Notes under the pieces: generated by a model
Database searches by the model: none
Told to the model about the DNA's origin: nothing
What the model saw: only the letters and a program-made list of their open reading frames with translations
In this document: piece after piece, positions 36,835-46,482 of the stretch
How positions within the stretch are numbered: position 1 is the first letter of the stretch
How the letters are laid out: every line of letters begins with the position of its first letter
Program-made: the position numbers and the translations under genes
Source of the DNA: a virus
Lineage: Duplodnaviria; Caudoviricetes
DNA: 52,858 nucleotides
IMG/VR virus record: IMGVR_UViG_3300032213_003065
Location: 1-52,858 of that record
Strand: one strand, 5' to 3'

Positions 36835-37289
36835 TATTTAATACTTAATTTAGCTTTTTTAATTAATTTATCTGATTCTTTAGATTCAATTCCCATTTCA
36901 TTCAATATTTCTCTAACACCAGTACCTCTTAGAATATCAATATAATGTTCTGCTTCTCCAAGAGAACAGTCAAAATATTTTGCTACATATTCTTCTAATT
37001 CTTTTTGTTCTTTTTTAGCTTCGTTTTTAATATATTTGAGCCACATTTTTCTTTTAGGTATCATCTCTTTATAAATTGAATATATTTGTTTTTTATTTTG
37101 GGGGTTGATCTTTTGTACAAGATTAACAATATCAATATAATCTTGATTCATACTCACATAACGATGAATCATGTAACTATTCCAAGTATCCCATGACTCG
37201 TCTGAAATGATGTCTAGAGGAGACTTATTTACTGTTATCTCCTCTAACCATCCAAAAATGTTTTTAATCTGTTTCTTAGATTGTGTCAT
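36834..37289 (-). CDS. clamp-loader small subunit (T4 gp62-like)
   Basis: YMIHRYVSM, IPKRKMWLKYIK, VAKYFDCSLGEAEHYIDIL; near the RFC ATPase. Confidence 0.75.
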   Translation of the reverse strand: MTQSKKQIKNIFGWLEEITVNKSPLDIISDESWDTWNSYMIHRYVSMNQDYIDIVNLVQKINPQNKKQIYSIYKEMIPKRKMWLKYIKNEAKKEQKELEEYVAKYFDCSLGEAEHYIDILRGTGVREILNEMGIESKESDKLIKKAKLSIK

Positions 37290-37515
37290 TTTTGTATTCT
37301 TCTCTCAATTCTGTAGGAATAGTACTTTCTAAAATTTTACCAGAAACTGGATCATAGAATACAGGAATTGGCATTACTGCATCTTCTTTAGCTCCTACTA
37401 CAAACTTAGATACTTTTCTAAGCAATACACCTTGTTGGAATATTTTGTTTCCATCTGGTGTTTCAATTGATGTTGTTGACTTTAAGTCAATGTTTACTTG
37501 TGGTTGATTTTCCAT
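37276..37515 (-). CDS. conserved hypothetical protein
   Basis: 79-aa ORF translationally coupled in the replication operon. Confidence 0.75.
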   Translation of the reverse strand: MENQPQVNIDLKSTTSIETPDGNKIFQQGVLLRKVSKFVVGAKEDAVMPIPVFYDPVSGKILESTIPTELREEYKNDTI

Positions 37516-37517
37516 TT

Positions 37518-37712
37518 TTATTTGTTTTTATGTTGTTGTTTATAATCTAAAAAGAATCCTATTGCTACTATAATATTCATTCCACAGGATGCTAATATTT
37601 CATGTATATCTTCATAGACAGTGTGCATTAAATGAATATGACCTACTGTCCAGAAAGGTACGGACAAATTTTGAGAAATCCAAATAATTAGGTATCTAAG
37701 GAAATTTATCAT
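37518..37712 (-). CDS. small membrane protein
   Basis: 64-aa hydrophobic ORF, coupled. Confidence 0.65.
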   Translation of the reverse strand: MINFLRYLIIWISQNLSVPFWTVGHIHLMHTVYEDIHEILASCGMNIIVAIGFFLDYKQQHKNK

Positions 37713-38632
37713 ATTACTTTAGGTTTCGCTAATTCTATTAACTTTGAAATCAAAGCCATACAATTTATCTCTTTGTCTATTCTGAATGTTGATTGAAATG
37801 AATATTCATTTATATAATATGCTACCATTCCTTCATTTCCACTAGCATAGTGTTCAGCATTGTCAAATAAGAAACGATATAGTTCTTCAAAATCTTGAAC
37901 ATTTGCATTAGCTATAATCTGTCTAATTTCTTTCCAATCCGGTTTTTTACCGCATAGTAATTTGAGAATTTGCGTCATATAGTTGGATGAAACGAGTATC
38001 GATTTATCTACAGTAAGTGTATTGTTATGTGTAGATAATTGAATAGTATTAAGAATTTTACGTAGATCTGGGTAGAATTGATTTACAATTGTAGCTACAT
38101 CTTCTAATTCAAATGATATTTTTTCTTGATCTAAGATCCAAGCAGCATGTTTAGCTACATCTTTTTTAGTTGGGGGTACAATTTTAAGTACTTGACAACG
38201 TGATTGAAGTGGATCGATTATTCTCTCTACAAAGTTACAAGTTAATATAAATCTTGTATTTCTAGAAAACGTTTCAATTACATTTCGAAGTGATGCTTGA
38301 GCTTGAATAGTTAAGAAATCAGCCTCATCTAATATTACTACTTTGATAGATTTGAAAGACATTGTACTTGCGAAACCTGATACTTTATCTCTAATAGTTT
38401 CAATACCTCTTTCATCTGAAGCGTTTAGGAAAAGATAGTCACAATCTAAATTTTTAACTATTAATTTAGCTAGGGTAGTTTTCCCAGAACCAGGAGGACC
38501 ATAGAAAATCATGTTAACTAGATCATTATTATCTAAAAATTTTTGAATTTGGGTTTTGATATGTTCATTTCCTACAAAATTTTCTAATTTTTGGGGTCTG
38601 TACTTCTCATTCAATAATCCGTGATCTTTCAT
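37709..38632 (-). CDS. clamp-loader AAA+ ATPase (RFC / T4 gp44-like)
   Basis: EKYRP, GPPGSGKT, NASDERG, LDEAD, LQSRC. Confidence 0.95.
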   Translation of the reverse strand: MKDHGLLNEKYRPQKLENFVGNEHIKTQIQKFLDNNDLVNMIFYGPPGSGKTTLAKLIVKNLDCDYLFLNASDERGIETIRDKVSGFASTMSFKSIKVVILDEADFLTIQAQASLRNVIETFSRNTRFILTCNFVERIIDPLQSRCQVLKIVPPTKKDVAKHAAWILDQEKISFELEDVATIVNQFYPDLRKILNTIQLSTHNNTLTVDKSILVSSNYMTQILKLLCGKKPDWKEIRQIIANANVQDFEELYRFLFDNAEHYASGNEGMVAYYINEYSFQSTFRIDKEINCMALISKLIELAKPKVI

Positions 38633-38644
38633 AACTTGTTATTT

Positions 38645-38917
38645 TTATACTCCTTGTTTAAATTCACCGTAAAAACTATATGTTTTAGGCTGTTCTACTG
38701 GTATTTCAACTTCTGTAGTTAGGATAGCATATAATTTACTATCTAGTGGTTCTAATCTATATGGACCCTTAAAGTGTGTTTCATCAAAATATGCTTGAAG
38801 AGTATCAGTTAGAGATTTATGGATAGACCCATTAGGCCCATCCATAACTAATCTCCAAGTATCTCCACCTTTTACTCTAGTAGCAATAAGTATGTTTTCT
38901 TCTTGCGTAGTTGTCAT
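38645..38917 (-). CDS. hypothetical protein
   Basis: 90-aa ORF in operon. Confidence 0.7.
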   Translation of the reverse strand: MTTTQEENILIATRVKGGDTWRLVMDGPNGSIHKSLTDTLQAYFDETHFKGPYRLEPLDSKLYAILTTEVEIPVEQPKTYSFYGEFKQGV

Positions 38918-38918
38918 C

Positions 38919-40565
38919 TTAATACATTGGCATTTCAGGTGATTGATCTTTCACTTCAGGGTGTTGAACTATAATACATTCTGTGATTAGGATTGATCCT
39001 GCAACTGCAGCTGCATTTTCTAATGCTGTACGAGTTACTTTAGCTGGGTCAATAATTCCTGCTTCTTTCATGTTTACTATAGCTTCTTTTTTAATGTTGA
39101 AACCAAACCATGGTTTTGAACCACCTTCACCTTGTTCTCCTATTTCACTTAGGATTGGATAAATTTCACTATCATTTAATCCAGCATTTTTAAGAATTTG
39201 TTCGAATGGTTTACCACATGCTTTATAAACAATATTTTTACCTAAATGAACACTACTATCTCTATCTTCTTTAGTATATGTAATAGCTTCACGAGCATAC
39301 AATAGAGCAGATCCACCACCAGGTACAATACCTTCTTCAACAGCTGCTTTAGTTGCATTCAAAGCATCATCTACACGGTCTTTTTTCTCTTTCATTTCTG
39401 TTTCAGTGAATCCTCCAACATGAATGATTGATACTCCACCTACCATTTTAGCTAAACGATTTTGAAGTTGTTCTCTTTCGAATGGTGTTTTAGCGTTGTC
39501 GATTTGTTTTTGAAGATCTTCTATTCGGTTGTTGATAACTGTTTCATCTCCTTTACCATCTACAATTGTAGTTTGTTCTTTAGAGATAGTAACTGTACGA
39601 GCTGATCCAAACCAATCCCAACTAAATCTATCAAGTTTCATTCCTTTATCTTTATCAAATACAGTTCCACCTGTTAGTGTAGCGATATCTTCAAGGATAA
39701 GTTTTCTTCTATCTCCAAAATCAGGAGCTTTAACAGCACATACTTTGATACTTCCTCTTGCTTTGTTTACTACTAATGTAGCTAAAGCTTCACCATCAAT
39801 ATCTTCAGCAATTACCAATAGAGGTTTGTTTGTTGTTGAAACATGTTCTAGGATTGGAAGCAAATCTTTTACTTGAGTAAATCTTTGATCTGCAATCAAA
39901 ATAAAAGGATCATTTAAAGTACAAGTCATTGTACTATTATCTGTAACAAAATATGGGGATTTGTATCCTCTATCAAATTGCATACCTTCTACTGTTTCAA
40001 GATATGTTTCATCTGATTTTGATTCTTCGATGTGAACTACACCATCTCTACCTACTTTTTCAATTGCAGTAGCAATTAATTTACCTACTTCAGAATCGTT
40101 ATTTGCTGAAATAGTAGCGATTTGTTCTAGTTGTCCTTCATTTGATATATCTTCTGCTACTTGTTCTCTAAGATGCTCAACTACTTGTTTAACAGCAGCA
40201 TCAATACCACGTTTTACTTCTACTGCGTTTACACCATTGTTAATATGTTGTAATCCAGCTTTTACCATTTCACGTGCTAATAGAGTTGAAGTTGTTGTCC
40301 CATCTCCAGCTTTATCTGCTGTTTGCATTGCTGCTTGACGAACCATTTTAACTCCTAAATCTTTAATTCTACCGTTAACATTTACGCTTTTGGCTACTGT
40401 TACACCATCTTTTGTTGATAGTGGAGATTGTTGATCGTTTTCAATCAATACGTTTCTTCCGTTTGGACCTAAAGTACAAACAACTGCATCTGCAAGGATA
40501 TCAATTCCTTCCATTAATTCTTTTCTGGCTTCTGGGCCTAATTTGATTTCTTTTCTTAAATCCAT
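38919..40565 (-). CDS. groEL: chaperonin GroEL
   Basis: TLGPNGRNV, TKDGVTVA, GDGTTT, EGMQFDRGY, EEGIVPGGG, IIDPAKV. Confidence 0.97.
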   Translation of the reverse strand: MDLRKEIKLGPEARKELMEGIDILADAVVCTLGPNGRNVLIENDQQSPLSTKDGVTVAKSVNVNGRIKDLGVKMVRQAAMQTADKAGDGTTTSTLLAREMVKAGLQHINNGVNAVEVKRGIDAAVKQVVEHLREQVAEDISNEGQLEQIATISANNDSEVGKLIATAIEKVGRDGVVHIEESKSDETYLETVEGMQFDRGYKSPYFVTDNSTMTCTLNDPFILIADQRFTQVKDLLPILEHVSTTNKPLLVIAEDIDGEALATLVVNKARGSIKVCAVKAPDFGDRRKLILEDIATLTGGTVFDKDKGMKLDRFSWDWFGSARTVTISKEQTTIVDGKGDETVINNRIEDLQKQIDNAKTPFEREQLQNRLAKMVGGVSIIHVGGFTETEMKEKKDRVDDALNATKAAVEEGIVPGGGSALLYAREAITYTKEDRDSSVHLGKNIVYKACGKPFEQILKNAGLNDSEIYPILSEIGEQGEGGSKPWFGFNIKKEAIVNMKEAGIIDPAKVTRTALENAAAVAGSILITECIIVQHPEVKDQSPEMPMY

Positions 40566-40566
40566 T

Positions 40567-40866
40567 TTATTGTTCGTTTTTAATTTTTGCTAAAATTTGG
40601 TTTTCAGGACCAACATAATATTCTTCACTGTCATGTTCTAGTTTAGTAAATCCCATTGTTGGTAAAATTACAACATCTCCTATTTGGATTTGAGTTTTAA
40701 TAAAATCCCCAGTGATTGTGTGTTTACCTGGTCCAACAGCCACAACTGTTGCTTTTTCATTTTTTTCTTTCCCCATATCTGGGACGATAATGTTACCGTA
40801 AGATTGTTCTTCTGCAGATAATGGTTTTACAATAACTGCATCAAATAGTGCTTCTAATTTTGACAT
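40567..40866 (-). CDS. groES: co-chaperonin GroES
   Basis: LFDAVIVK, GNIIVPD, VVAVGPG, GDVV, ILAKI. Confidence 0.92.
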   Translation of the reverse strand: MSKLEALFDAVIVKPLSAEEQSYGNIIVPDMGKEKNEKATVVAVGPGKHTITGDFIKTQIQIGDVVILPTMGFTKLEHDSEEYYVGPENQILAKIKNEQ

Positions 40867-41183
40867 GCGTTTAATTTATTTATAAGGTTTTGTGTTTCTT
40901 GATTAATTAATTTTAATTCATTCATGTATTCTTTAAGAGAGGTATAAGAATCACATTTGGTTATTTTTTGTCTAGATACTGCTTCTATGGCATTTCCTAA
41001 TGTAGAATAATATCCAATAGCTTTTTCATATGTTTTTCCATTAGGATCTAATTCAACAACAGCATCTTTTTTTCTACGCCCTTTTCCACTTAAAGTAGCA
41101 GGTACTATTTCAAATACTGTATAGTTGTGTTTGTCTTTTCCTATGTAATAAGGTTCTAAAATGGGGTCTTTGATAATGGTCAT
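40854..41183 (-). CDS. hypothetical protein
   Basis: 109-aa ORF with class-B promoter at ~41207. Confidence 0.75.
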   Translation of the reverse strand: MTIIKDPILEPYYIGKDKHNYTVFEIVPATLSGKGRRKKDAVVELDPNGKTYEKAIGYYSTLGNAIEAVSRQKITKCDSYTSLKEYMNELKLINQETQNLINKLNACQN

Positions 41184-41244
41184 ATAACTTATTTATTTTA
41201 TTTACTTAAATATACAAAAGGGAGAGTGGGAAGCCAAATATTTT

Positions 41245-41979
41245 TTAAAAATTCGACTCCGCTTTTCTTACCATAAAATATTCACTGGTGGTAGTGGCAG
41301 TGGTAAATACCATTTGCATAAGACCATCTTTACTCATGTTCAAATATGCTGATTCCATATCTTTATTTGATTGGAGAATAGTTTTAAATATATCTGAATT
41401 GAATGGTATTTTAAGATTTTGTTCAGTTATATCTCCTAATATTTGATATGTAATTTTATTATTATGACCTGATTCATCTCCGAAGATAAATCTACATAGT
41501 GGTTCATCATCTAAACTTTTATCAGTTGTAACTAACATATTATCTATTCCAGATAATGCTGATTTTGCTTTGATAATGTTGTTTATATCTTCAATAGTTA
41601 AAATTAACTTAACAGCCCATTCAGGTACATTTACAGTACCTGCTTTACCAATCAATAATGGGTCTGATAGAGCATATGTTAAGTTAAAGTTGTTGTCTGA
41701 GATATGGAGTTTAGTGCATAGTTTATTGGTTTTTTCTACTTCTAGAAATAGATCACCATAGCATATACTGATAAGGTTAGATAATTTTTTAGTGTCATAG
41801 ATTGCTAATTCACAATCTTCAAATTTAAAGTCATTACATTTAACACTACCGATAACATCTTTGGTAGGCGTCATAAACCTTATCTCTAATGTATTATCAT
41901 TGATAATCCATTTAACGGATTCGTTTAGACCCAAATAGTATTTGTCTATTATAGACGTTAAAACCTGTTTATTTATCAT
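41245..41979 (-). CDS. DNA sliding clamp (T4 gp45/PCNA-like)
   Basis: 244 aa, AIYDTKKL...YALSDP pattern, position between polymerase and clamp loader. Confidence 0.75.
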   Translation of the reverse strand: MINKQVLTSIIDKYYLGLNESVKWIINDNTLEIRFMTPTKDVIGSVKCNDFKFEDCELAIYDTKKLSNLISICYGDLFLEVEKTNKLCTKLHISDNNFNLTYALSDPLLIGKAGTVNVPEWAVKLILTIEDINNIIKAKSALSGIDNMLVTTDKSLDDEPLCRFIFGDESGHNNKITYQILGDITEQNLKIPFNSDIFKTILQSNKDMESAYLNMSKDGLMQMVFTTATTTSEYFMVRKAESNF

Positions 41980-41990
41980 TTATTTATATT

Positions 41991-42254
41991 TTAGAATCTT
42001 GTATCTAATCCAGGTACTGTGATTATACCTGAATCTTTTAAGCCTTTAGAATTATATAGTTGTTCTTCTACTTCAATGCAAATGTCAACCCCATTCATAC
42101 TAAATCTTCCTCCCGCTTTAAGTATTTTTCTAAAGAATAATTCTTGTTTTTCATCCCAGTCTTTACTAAAGTCTAATACTTCTTGTTTAGTAACTTTTTT
42201 ATTATTGAATTTGATGATAACTCCTTTTCTAATTGCTTGTGATGTTAATGCCAT
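41991..42254 (-). CDS. hypothetical protein
   Basis: 87-aa ORF with class-B promoter. Confidence 0.7.
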   Translation of the reverse strand: MALTSQAIRKGVIIKFNNKKVTKQEVLDFSKDWDEKQELFFRKILKAGGRFSMNGVDICIEVEEQLYNSKGLKDSGIITVPGLDTRF

Positions 42255-42298
42255 GTTTTTTTGATTTAAATATACAATTTTTTATTTTAGATACCAAA

Positions 42299-45025
42299 TT
42301 AAAAGTTAAAGAATTTAGATACATGTTCGTTGAGTTGTAAACTCCATCCTAAATCTTGATACAAATTCTCTAGTTTATTTCTGATAATACTGTCAAATAA
42401 TCCTTCTCTGTCAATGTATTTATTTACAATTTCTAATATTTCAGGTGCATCGTTATAACCATTTAACCCTACTACTGTTAATTGATATGGGTTTGGTTTT
42501 AACATTGCTATATACATTTTATCTCCTAATGAAAACTCAGGGTATTGAACATTTAATTTTTTAAATCTTAAAATATCGTTTGTAGCTATAGCTGCTTTTG
42601 TATTTACAGGGCATTTTAGTTTAAGTTTAGAGAACAATTCACCTGATGTTGGTTTTCTTTCAATATATTCATCTAGTTTTTTAAGACCTGTAGGTTTTAA
42701 TAGTTGTTTCCAATCTATGGTTTTAAGGGAATCTTTAAATTTCATTACATCCTCATCTATTTCTGTTTTGGATTTACCAAACAAGATATTTTTTAACAGT
42801 TCTTCTCCAAAGTTTTTAAATAGAGGTGGGAAATTTGATTTCATAATATCTAAACCTTTCATCTCCAATTCTTCAATTTCAATCCCCTCTTTGTTTACAA
42901 TATACATTGCATATCTTCTTTTACCAGCCCAATATGCTTTTTCAGCAATAACTTCTTGTTTTAAAACAAAGTAATGTTTGTCTGCGATGTTGAACAGATC
43001 CTGGGATATGTTATTGAGATTCTCGTTTGATTTTGTTTGTAATTCGTCTGTTAATAGTAGTAATCGTTTAATTTTTTCTTCACGGTTACTATAATCTAAA
43101 TCAGGGTTACGGTGAAGTAACAATTCTGTTAATTCCATATAAAGTGAATCGGTATCACTTGCTCTTACATATTCTGTGGTTTCTTTTCCTAATTGATCTG
43201 AAATATACTGGTTTACAAATATGATAGACTCTTGAGTTAATCTTTGTCCACTATTAGTAATGGCAGCAGAACATATTTTAAATCCATCAGTAAACCTCCA
43301 AGAGTTAATAGCATATGTACCATATAAGGCATTCTGTAAGATCTTAAAGGCCATTTGATACAGGTCATATAGTTTATAATTTGCCCAATCTTCAGCTTTA
43401 CCTGCTGTTTTCTTAAGTGCTCTATAATGTTCCCTTTTATCGAACCAGTCTTCCAATACTTCACAAGCAATACTTTTAATGTCTGTTCTATAAAACGCTC
43501 CACTAGCTGAAATAGACCATTTATTTTCTTCGATTAGTTCTATTAGATCACTTATTTTGATTTTAGCGTCTCTTAATCTATATGTTTTTTTATCTAATCT
43601 TTGAATTGAAATAATTTCATCTTGAGGTTTTTGTTTTAACTTTTCAAGTGAATTGGTTTGTTCATAGTTGTTTTTTGTTACTATTCTTCCTACTAGTGTT
43701 TCAACACCTAAATTAAGAGATTTAATGATTGAAGGATATAGTGAGGTAAAGTCAAGATCGGATAAATCTGAATATAGTCCTGGTTTGGGGTCTAAAAGAT
43801 ATCCTCCAGCATATGAATCTTTCTTTCTAACTGTTTTTAAATATCTTACTACAAGTTGATTTGATAGAGTTTTAACTGTAACTAGGTTATCTTTTATATC
43901 GTATATGATACCTTCAACAGTTGGGGTGTTTCGTTGATGGGTTACATGATCCCCAATTTCTAACTCTTTGATTGAAGGATTTGTAGTGGTTGGTTTATTT
44001 GGGGCTATAATGTTTTTTCTTTTAAGATATGTTAATATAGCACCTTCATTTAATTCAGTATTGTAATATATTGATTCATATGGTGTATGACATAAGTGAG
44101 AGATAAGAACTGTTAACTCAACGAATTTAAGTTTTTCTTCTAATGCCTCTATAATCTCAACGTCTCGAATGTTATAGTCAATATACTTGTCTATATCATC
44201 TTTAAATAATTTATCTAACGATCCATTATACTCTACTTTACCTAACTTAGCATATTTGGTTCCTATATCACCTAACTTATAGGATTGTTCTTCTTTTGCA
44301 ATATACTTTTTAAGCAAAAGCATAAAGTCAAGACAGTTAACTAATCCTATTTTGATTGGTGAATTTGGGTTGGCAGCGTTTTCTTCAATTTTACCTATTG
44401 GAGATAATCTGTTAACTTCATCTCCTAGTACCTTCTGAATTCTATAGTAAAGGTAAGGCATATCAAAGAAATCACTGTTGTATCCTACTACAATTGTAGG
44501 ATCCATTTGTTCCCATTTGCTTAAGAATTTTTTGATTAGATCTTTTTCTGAAGAACAAGGTATAACTTGTTTTGTGCCTATAGAAATTTCTTCTAGTTTA
44601 TGCTCTTTATCTAAGATAAAACATATTTTTTCCTTCGAATTAGCATCCATTAAAGCAATGGCTGTTATTTCAGCTCTTGCTTCTTTAATAGTTACTGGGT
44701 TAAGTGGTCCTAAAATTTCAATCTCAATATCCAGATAAACTATATTATGATATTTTGGTTTATCATCTGTTTTATAGTATAAATCTCTAAGTAAAACTAA
44801 TTCTTTAGAAATATCTTTTTCGAGTATGGTAGGGTCTTTTCTATCATATTTTCCACTTACGGGAGTGCATCTGTCTCCAAATAGTGTTTCATATTCACCT
44901 TCATCATGTAATTTATAGACAGTAGGGAAATATTGAAAACATTTAATACCTTTATCATCATCACGGAGATAATAGTGGTATTGGTCAGGGCCAGGTTGAC
45001 GATTAAAAAATACACTTTGATACAT
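42299..45025 (-). CDS. polB: family B DNA polymerase with 3'-5' exonuclease
   Basis: Exo I DIE, Exo II YNSDFFD, Exo III YNIRD; motif A DFTSLYPS, motif B KILQNALYG, motif C DTDS; C-terminal clamp-binding-like VSKFFNF. Confidence 0.97.
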   Translation of the reverse strand: MYQSVFFNRQPGPDQYHYYLRDDDKGIKCFQYFPTVYKLHDEGEYETLFGDRCTPVSGKYDRKDPTILEKDISKELVLLRDLYYKTDDKPKYHNIVYLDIEIEILGPLNPVTIKEARAEITAIALMDANSKEKICFILDKEHKLEEISIGTKQVIPCSSEKDLIKKFLSKWEQMDPTIVVGYNSDFFDMPYLYYRIQKVLGDEVNRLSPIGKIEENAANPNSPIKIGLVNCLDFMLLLKKYIAKEEQSYKLGDIGTKYAKLGKVEYNGSLDKLFKDDIDKYIDYNIRDVEIIEALEEKLKFVELTVLISHLCHTPYESIYYNTELNEGAILTYLKRKNIIAPNKPTTTNPSIKELEIGDHVTHQRNTPTVEGIIYDIKDNLVTVKTLSNQLVVRYLKTVRKKDSYAGGYLLDPKPGLYSDLSDLDFTSLYPSIIKSLNLGVETLVGRIVTKNNYEQTNSLEKLKQKPQDEIISIQRLDKKTYRLRDAKIKISDLIELIEENKWSISASGAFYRTDIKSIACEVLEDWFDKREHYRALKKTAGKAEDWANYKLYDLYQMAFKILQNALYGTYAINSWRFTDGFKICSAAITNSGQRLTQESIIFVNQYISDQLGKETTEYVRASDTDSLYMELTELLLHRNPDLDYSNREEKIKRLLLLTDELQTKSNENLNNISQDLFNIADKHYFVLKQEVIAEKAYWAGKRRYAMYIVNKEGIEIEELEMKGLDIMKSNFPPLFKNFGEELLKNILFGKSKTEIDEDVMKFKDSLKTIDWKQLLKPTGLKKLDEYIERKPTSGELFSKLKLKCPVNTKAAIATNDILRFKKLNVQYPEFSLGDKMYIAMLKPNPYQLTVVGLNGYNDAPEILEIVNKYIDREGLFDSIIRNKLENLYQDLGWSLQLNEHVSKFFNF

Positions 45026-45050
45026 AACTTTTATTTACATAAAGATAAGA

Positions 45051-45079
45051 AAAAGCTTGTCGGAAGACAAGCTCTTTTT
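45051..45079. terminator. hairpin terminator overlapping the polB promoter
   Basis: AGCTTGTC-GGAA-GACAAGCT with A/T tails. Confidence 0.65.
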
Positions 45080-45096
45080 ATTTAAAATGACATTTT

Positions 45097-45612
45097 TTAT
45101 TTCAAAAATTGAGATAGATCGGGTTTAAAGTAATTTATGTTTTTCATTACCTTTCTATCACGAGTTCTATAAACAATAAAATGTTCTCCTACTTGTTCAT
45201 AGTGACATTTTTCACCTTGTTCTTTACTACGTTTTTTAACTGTAGTTTTTGCTTCTTCTTCGGTTTTACATGCTTTAGACATATTTGAAGCTTGAACTTC
45301 ATCATACGCAGGAACTATTTTATCTTTAAGACCATGTAACATAGCTCCATTACCTAATGAAACATAAGTGATATCACACAATGCATCTAATACTTCAACA
45401 ATATTACCTGTTTCACAGGCATGTTTATATTCTTCAAGTTCTTCAAGGATGAAATTGTATACAAACTCCCATTCTTTTCTATCTGGAATGTTAGGTGTAT
45501 AGTTGTTTGGTTTGTTCATTGTTGCATTGAATGTTTCTACTTCAGAAACAAATGGTACATATCCAACTCTATTAGACAACCATTTAATAAATTTTATAGT
45601 TATATTTCTCAT
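45097..45612 (-). CDS. MazG-like / PRA-PH-like nucleoside-triphosphate pyrophosphohydrolase
   Basis: ILEELEEY...EVLDALCDITYV...EVQASNMSK; true start may be internal. Confidence 0.85.
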   Translation of the reverse strand: MRNITIKFIKWLSNRVGYVPFVSEVETFNATMNKPNNYTPNIPDRKEWEFVYNFILEELEEYKHACETGNIVEVLDALCDITYVSLGNGAMLHGLKDKIVPAYDEVQASNMSKACKTEEEAKTTVKKRSKEQGEKCHYEQVGEHFIVYRTRDRKVMKNINYFKPDLSQFLK

Positions 45613-45615
45613 AAT

Positions 45616-45795
45616 TTATATTTTTTTAATTTGTTTTTGTATTTCTTTTACACGTTCTTCTAAAACACTAATAGCTGTATTATAACGTCCTGTTCCTTCA
45701 ATGTTAGGGTTATAATATATATCTTTTAATACTTTTATTTCTTGTTGAAGTACATTTAAATGTATATGTAATGTATGGGTGGATGAATCTATCAT
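45616..45795 (-). CDS. small coiled-coil protein (59 aa)
   Basis: Manual ORF MIDSSTHTLH...GTGRYNTAISVLEERVKEI... Confidence 0.55.
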   Translation of the reverse strand: MIDSSTHTLHIHLNVLQQEIKVLKDIYYNPNIEGTGRYNTAISVLEERVKEIQKQIKKI

Positions 45796-45796
45796 A

Positions 45797-46432
45797 TTAT
45801 TTCATTTTAGTTCCATTAACTTCAATTGCATGAAGGAATTCTTCTCTGATTAGGTTATCTTTTTCCATAAACACACCTGAAAATTTATTTGTAGTCATTA
45901 CAGATGGATGTTTAATACCTCTATGGGAGCAACAAGTATGTTTACAAGCAATACTAACTGCTACTGATCCACAATCCATTTTATCTGCAATATAATCATG
46001 AACTTGTTGAGTTAAAGATTCTTGCATTTGTGGTCTACGAGAAAACCATTCTACAATACGATTTAATTTAGATAAACCAATTACGTTTTCAGCAGGTACA
46101 TAAGCTACTGTAGCATATCCAGTGAATGATAAATTGTGATGTGCACACATACTAACAATTGGAATACCTGATTGGATTACTAATCCACTGTATCCTTCAT
46201 CATTTGGGAATACTGTAATGTTTGGTTCGTCTGAAATTGATCCTACAATTAGATCTTTTAGCCATGCTTTAGCTACACGACGAGGTGTATCTTCAGTTTG
46301 TCTATCTGCTTTATAGTCAAAACCAACAGCTGTAAGGAAATCTCCATATGCTTTAGAGGCTTTGTCTATCATTTTATCTATTTCTTTTTGTGTACGGGGA
46401 AGATTACCGTTTGACTTTTTTAATAGTTCCAT
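45797..46432 (-). CDS. folE: GTP cyclohydrolase I
   Basis: TPRRVAKAW, SMCAHH, GLSKLNR, RRPQMQE, HTCCSHRG. Confidence 0.95.
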   Translation of the reverse strand: MELLKKSNGNLPRTQKEIDKMIDKASKAYGDFLTAVGFDYKADRQTEDTPRRVAKAWLKDLIVGSISDEPNITVFPNDEGYSGLVIQSGIPIVSMCAHHNLSFTGYATVAYVPAENVIGLSKLNRIVEWFSRRPQMQESLTQQVHDYIADKMDCGSVAVSIACKHTCCSHRGIKHPSVMTTNKFSGVFMEKDNLIREEFLHAIEVNGTKMK

Positions 46433-46482
46433 TTTATAACTTTATTTATTTGAATATATGAAAAAATATTTGAGGGGCCAAA

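Noticed and set aside
31635-43503. Nested minus-strand ORFs 31635..31832 and 43237..43503
   Set aside because: Out-of-frame overlaps inside well-supported genes with no independent signals
43826-43990. Intein or intron in polB or thyA
   Set aside because: Inserts are short and in frame and lack Cys/Ser...His-Asn splice motifs or LAGLIDADG domains
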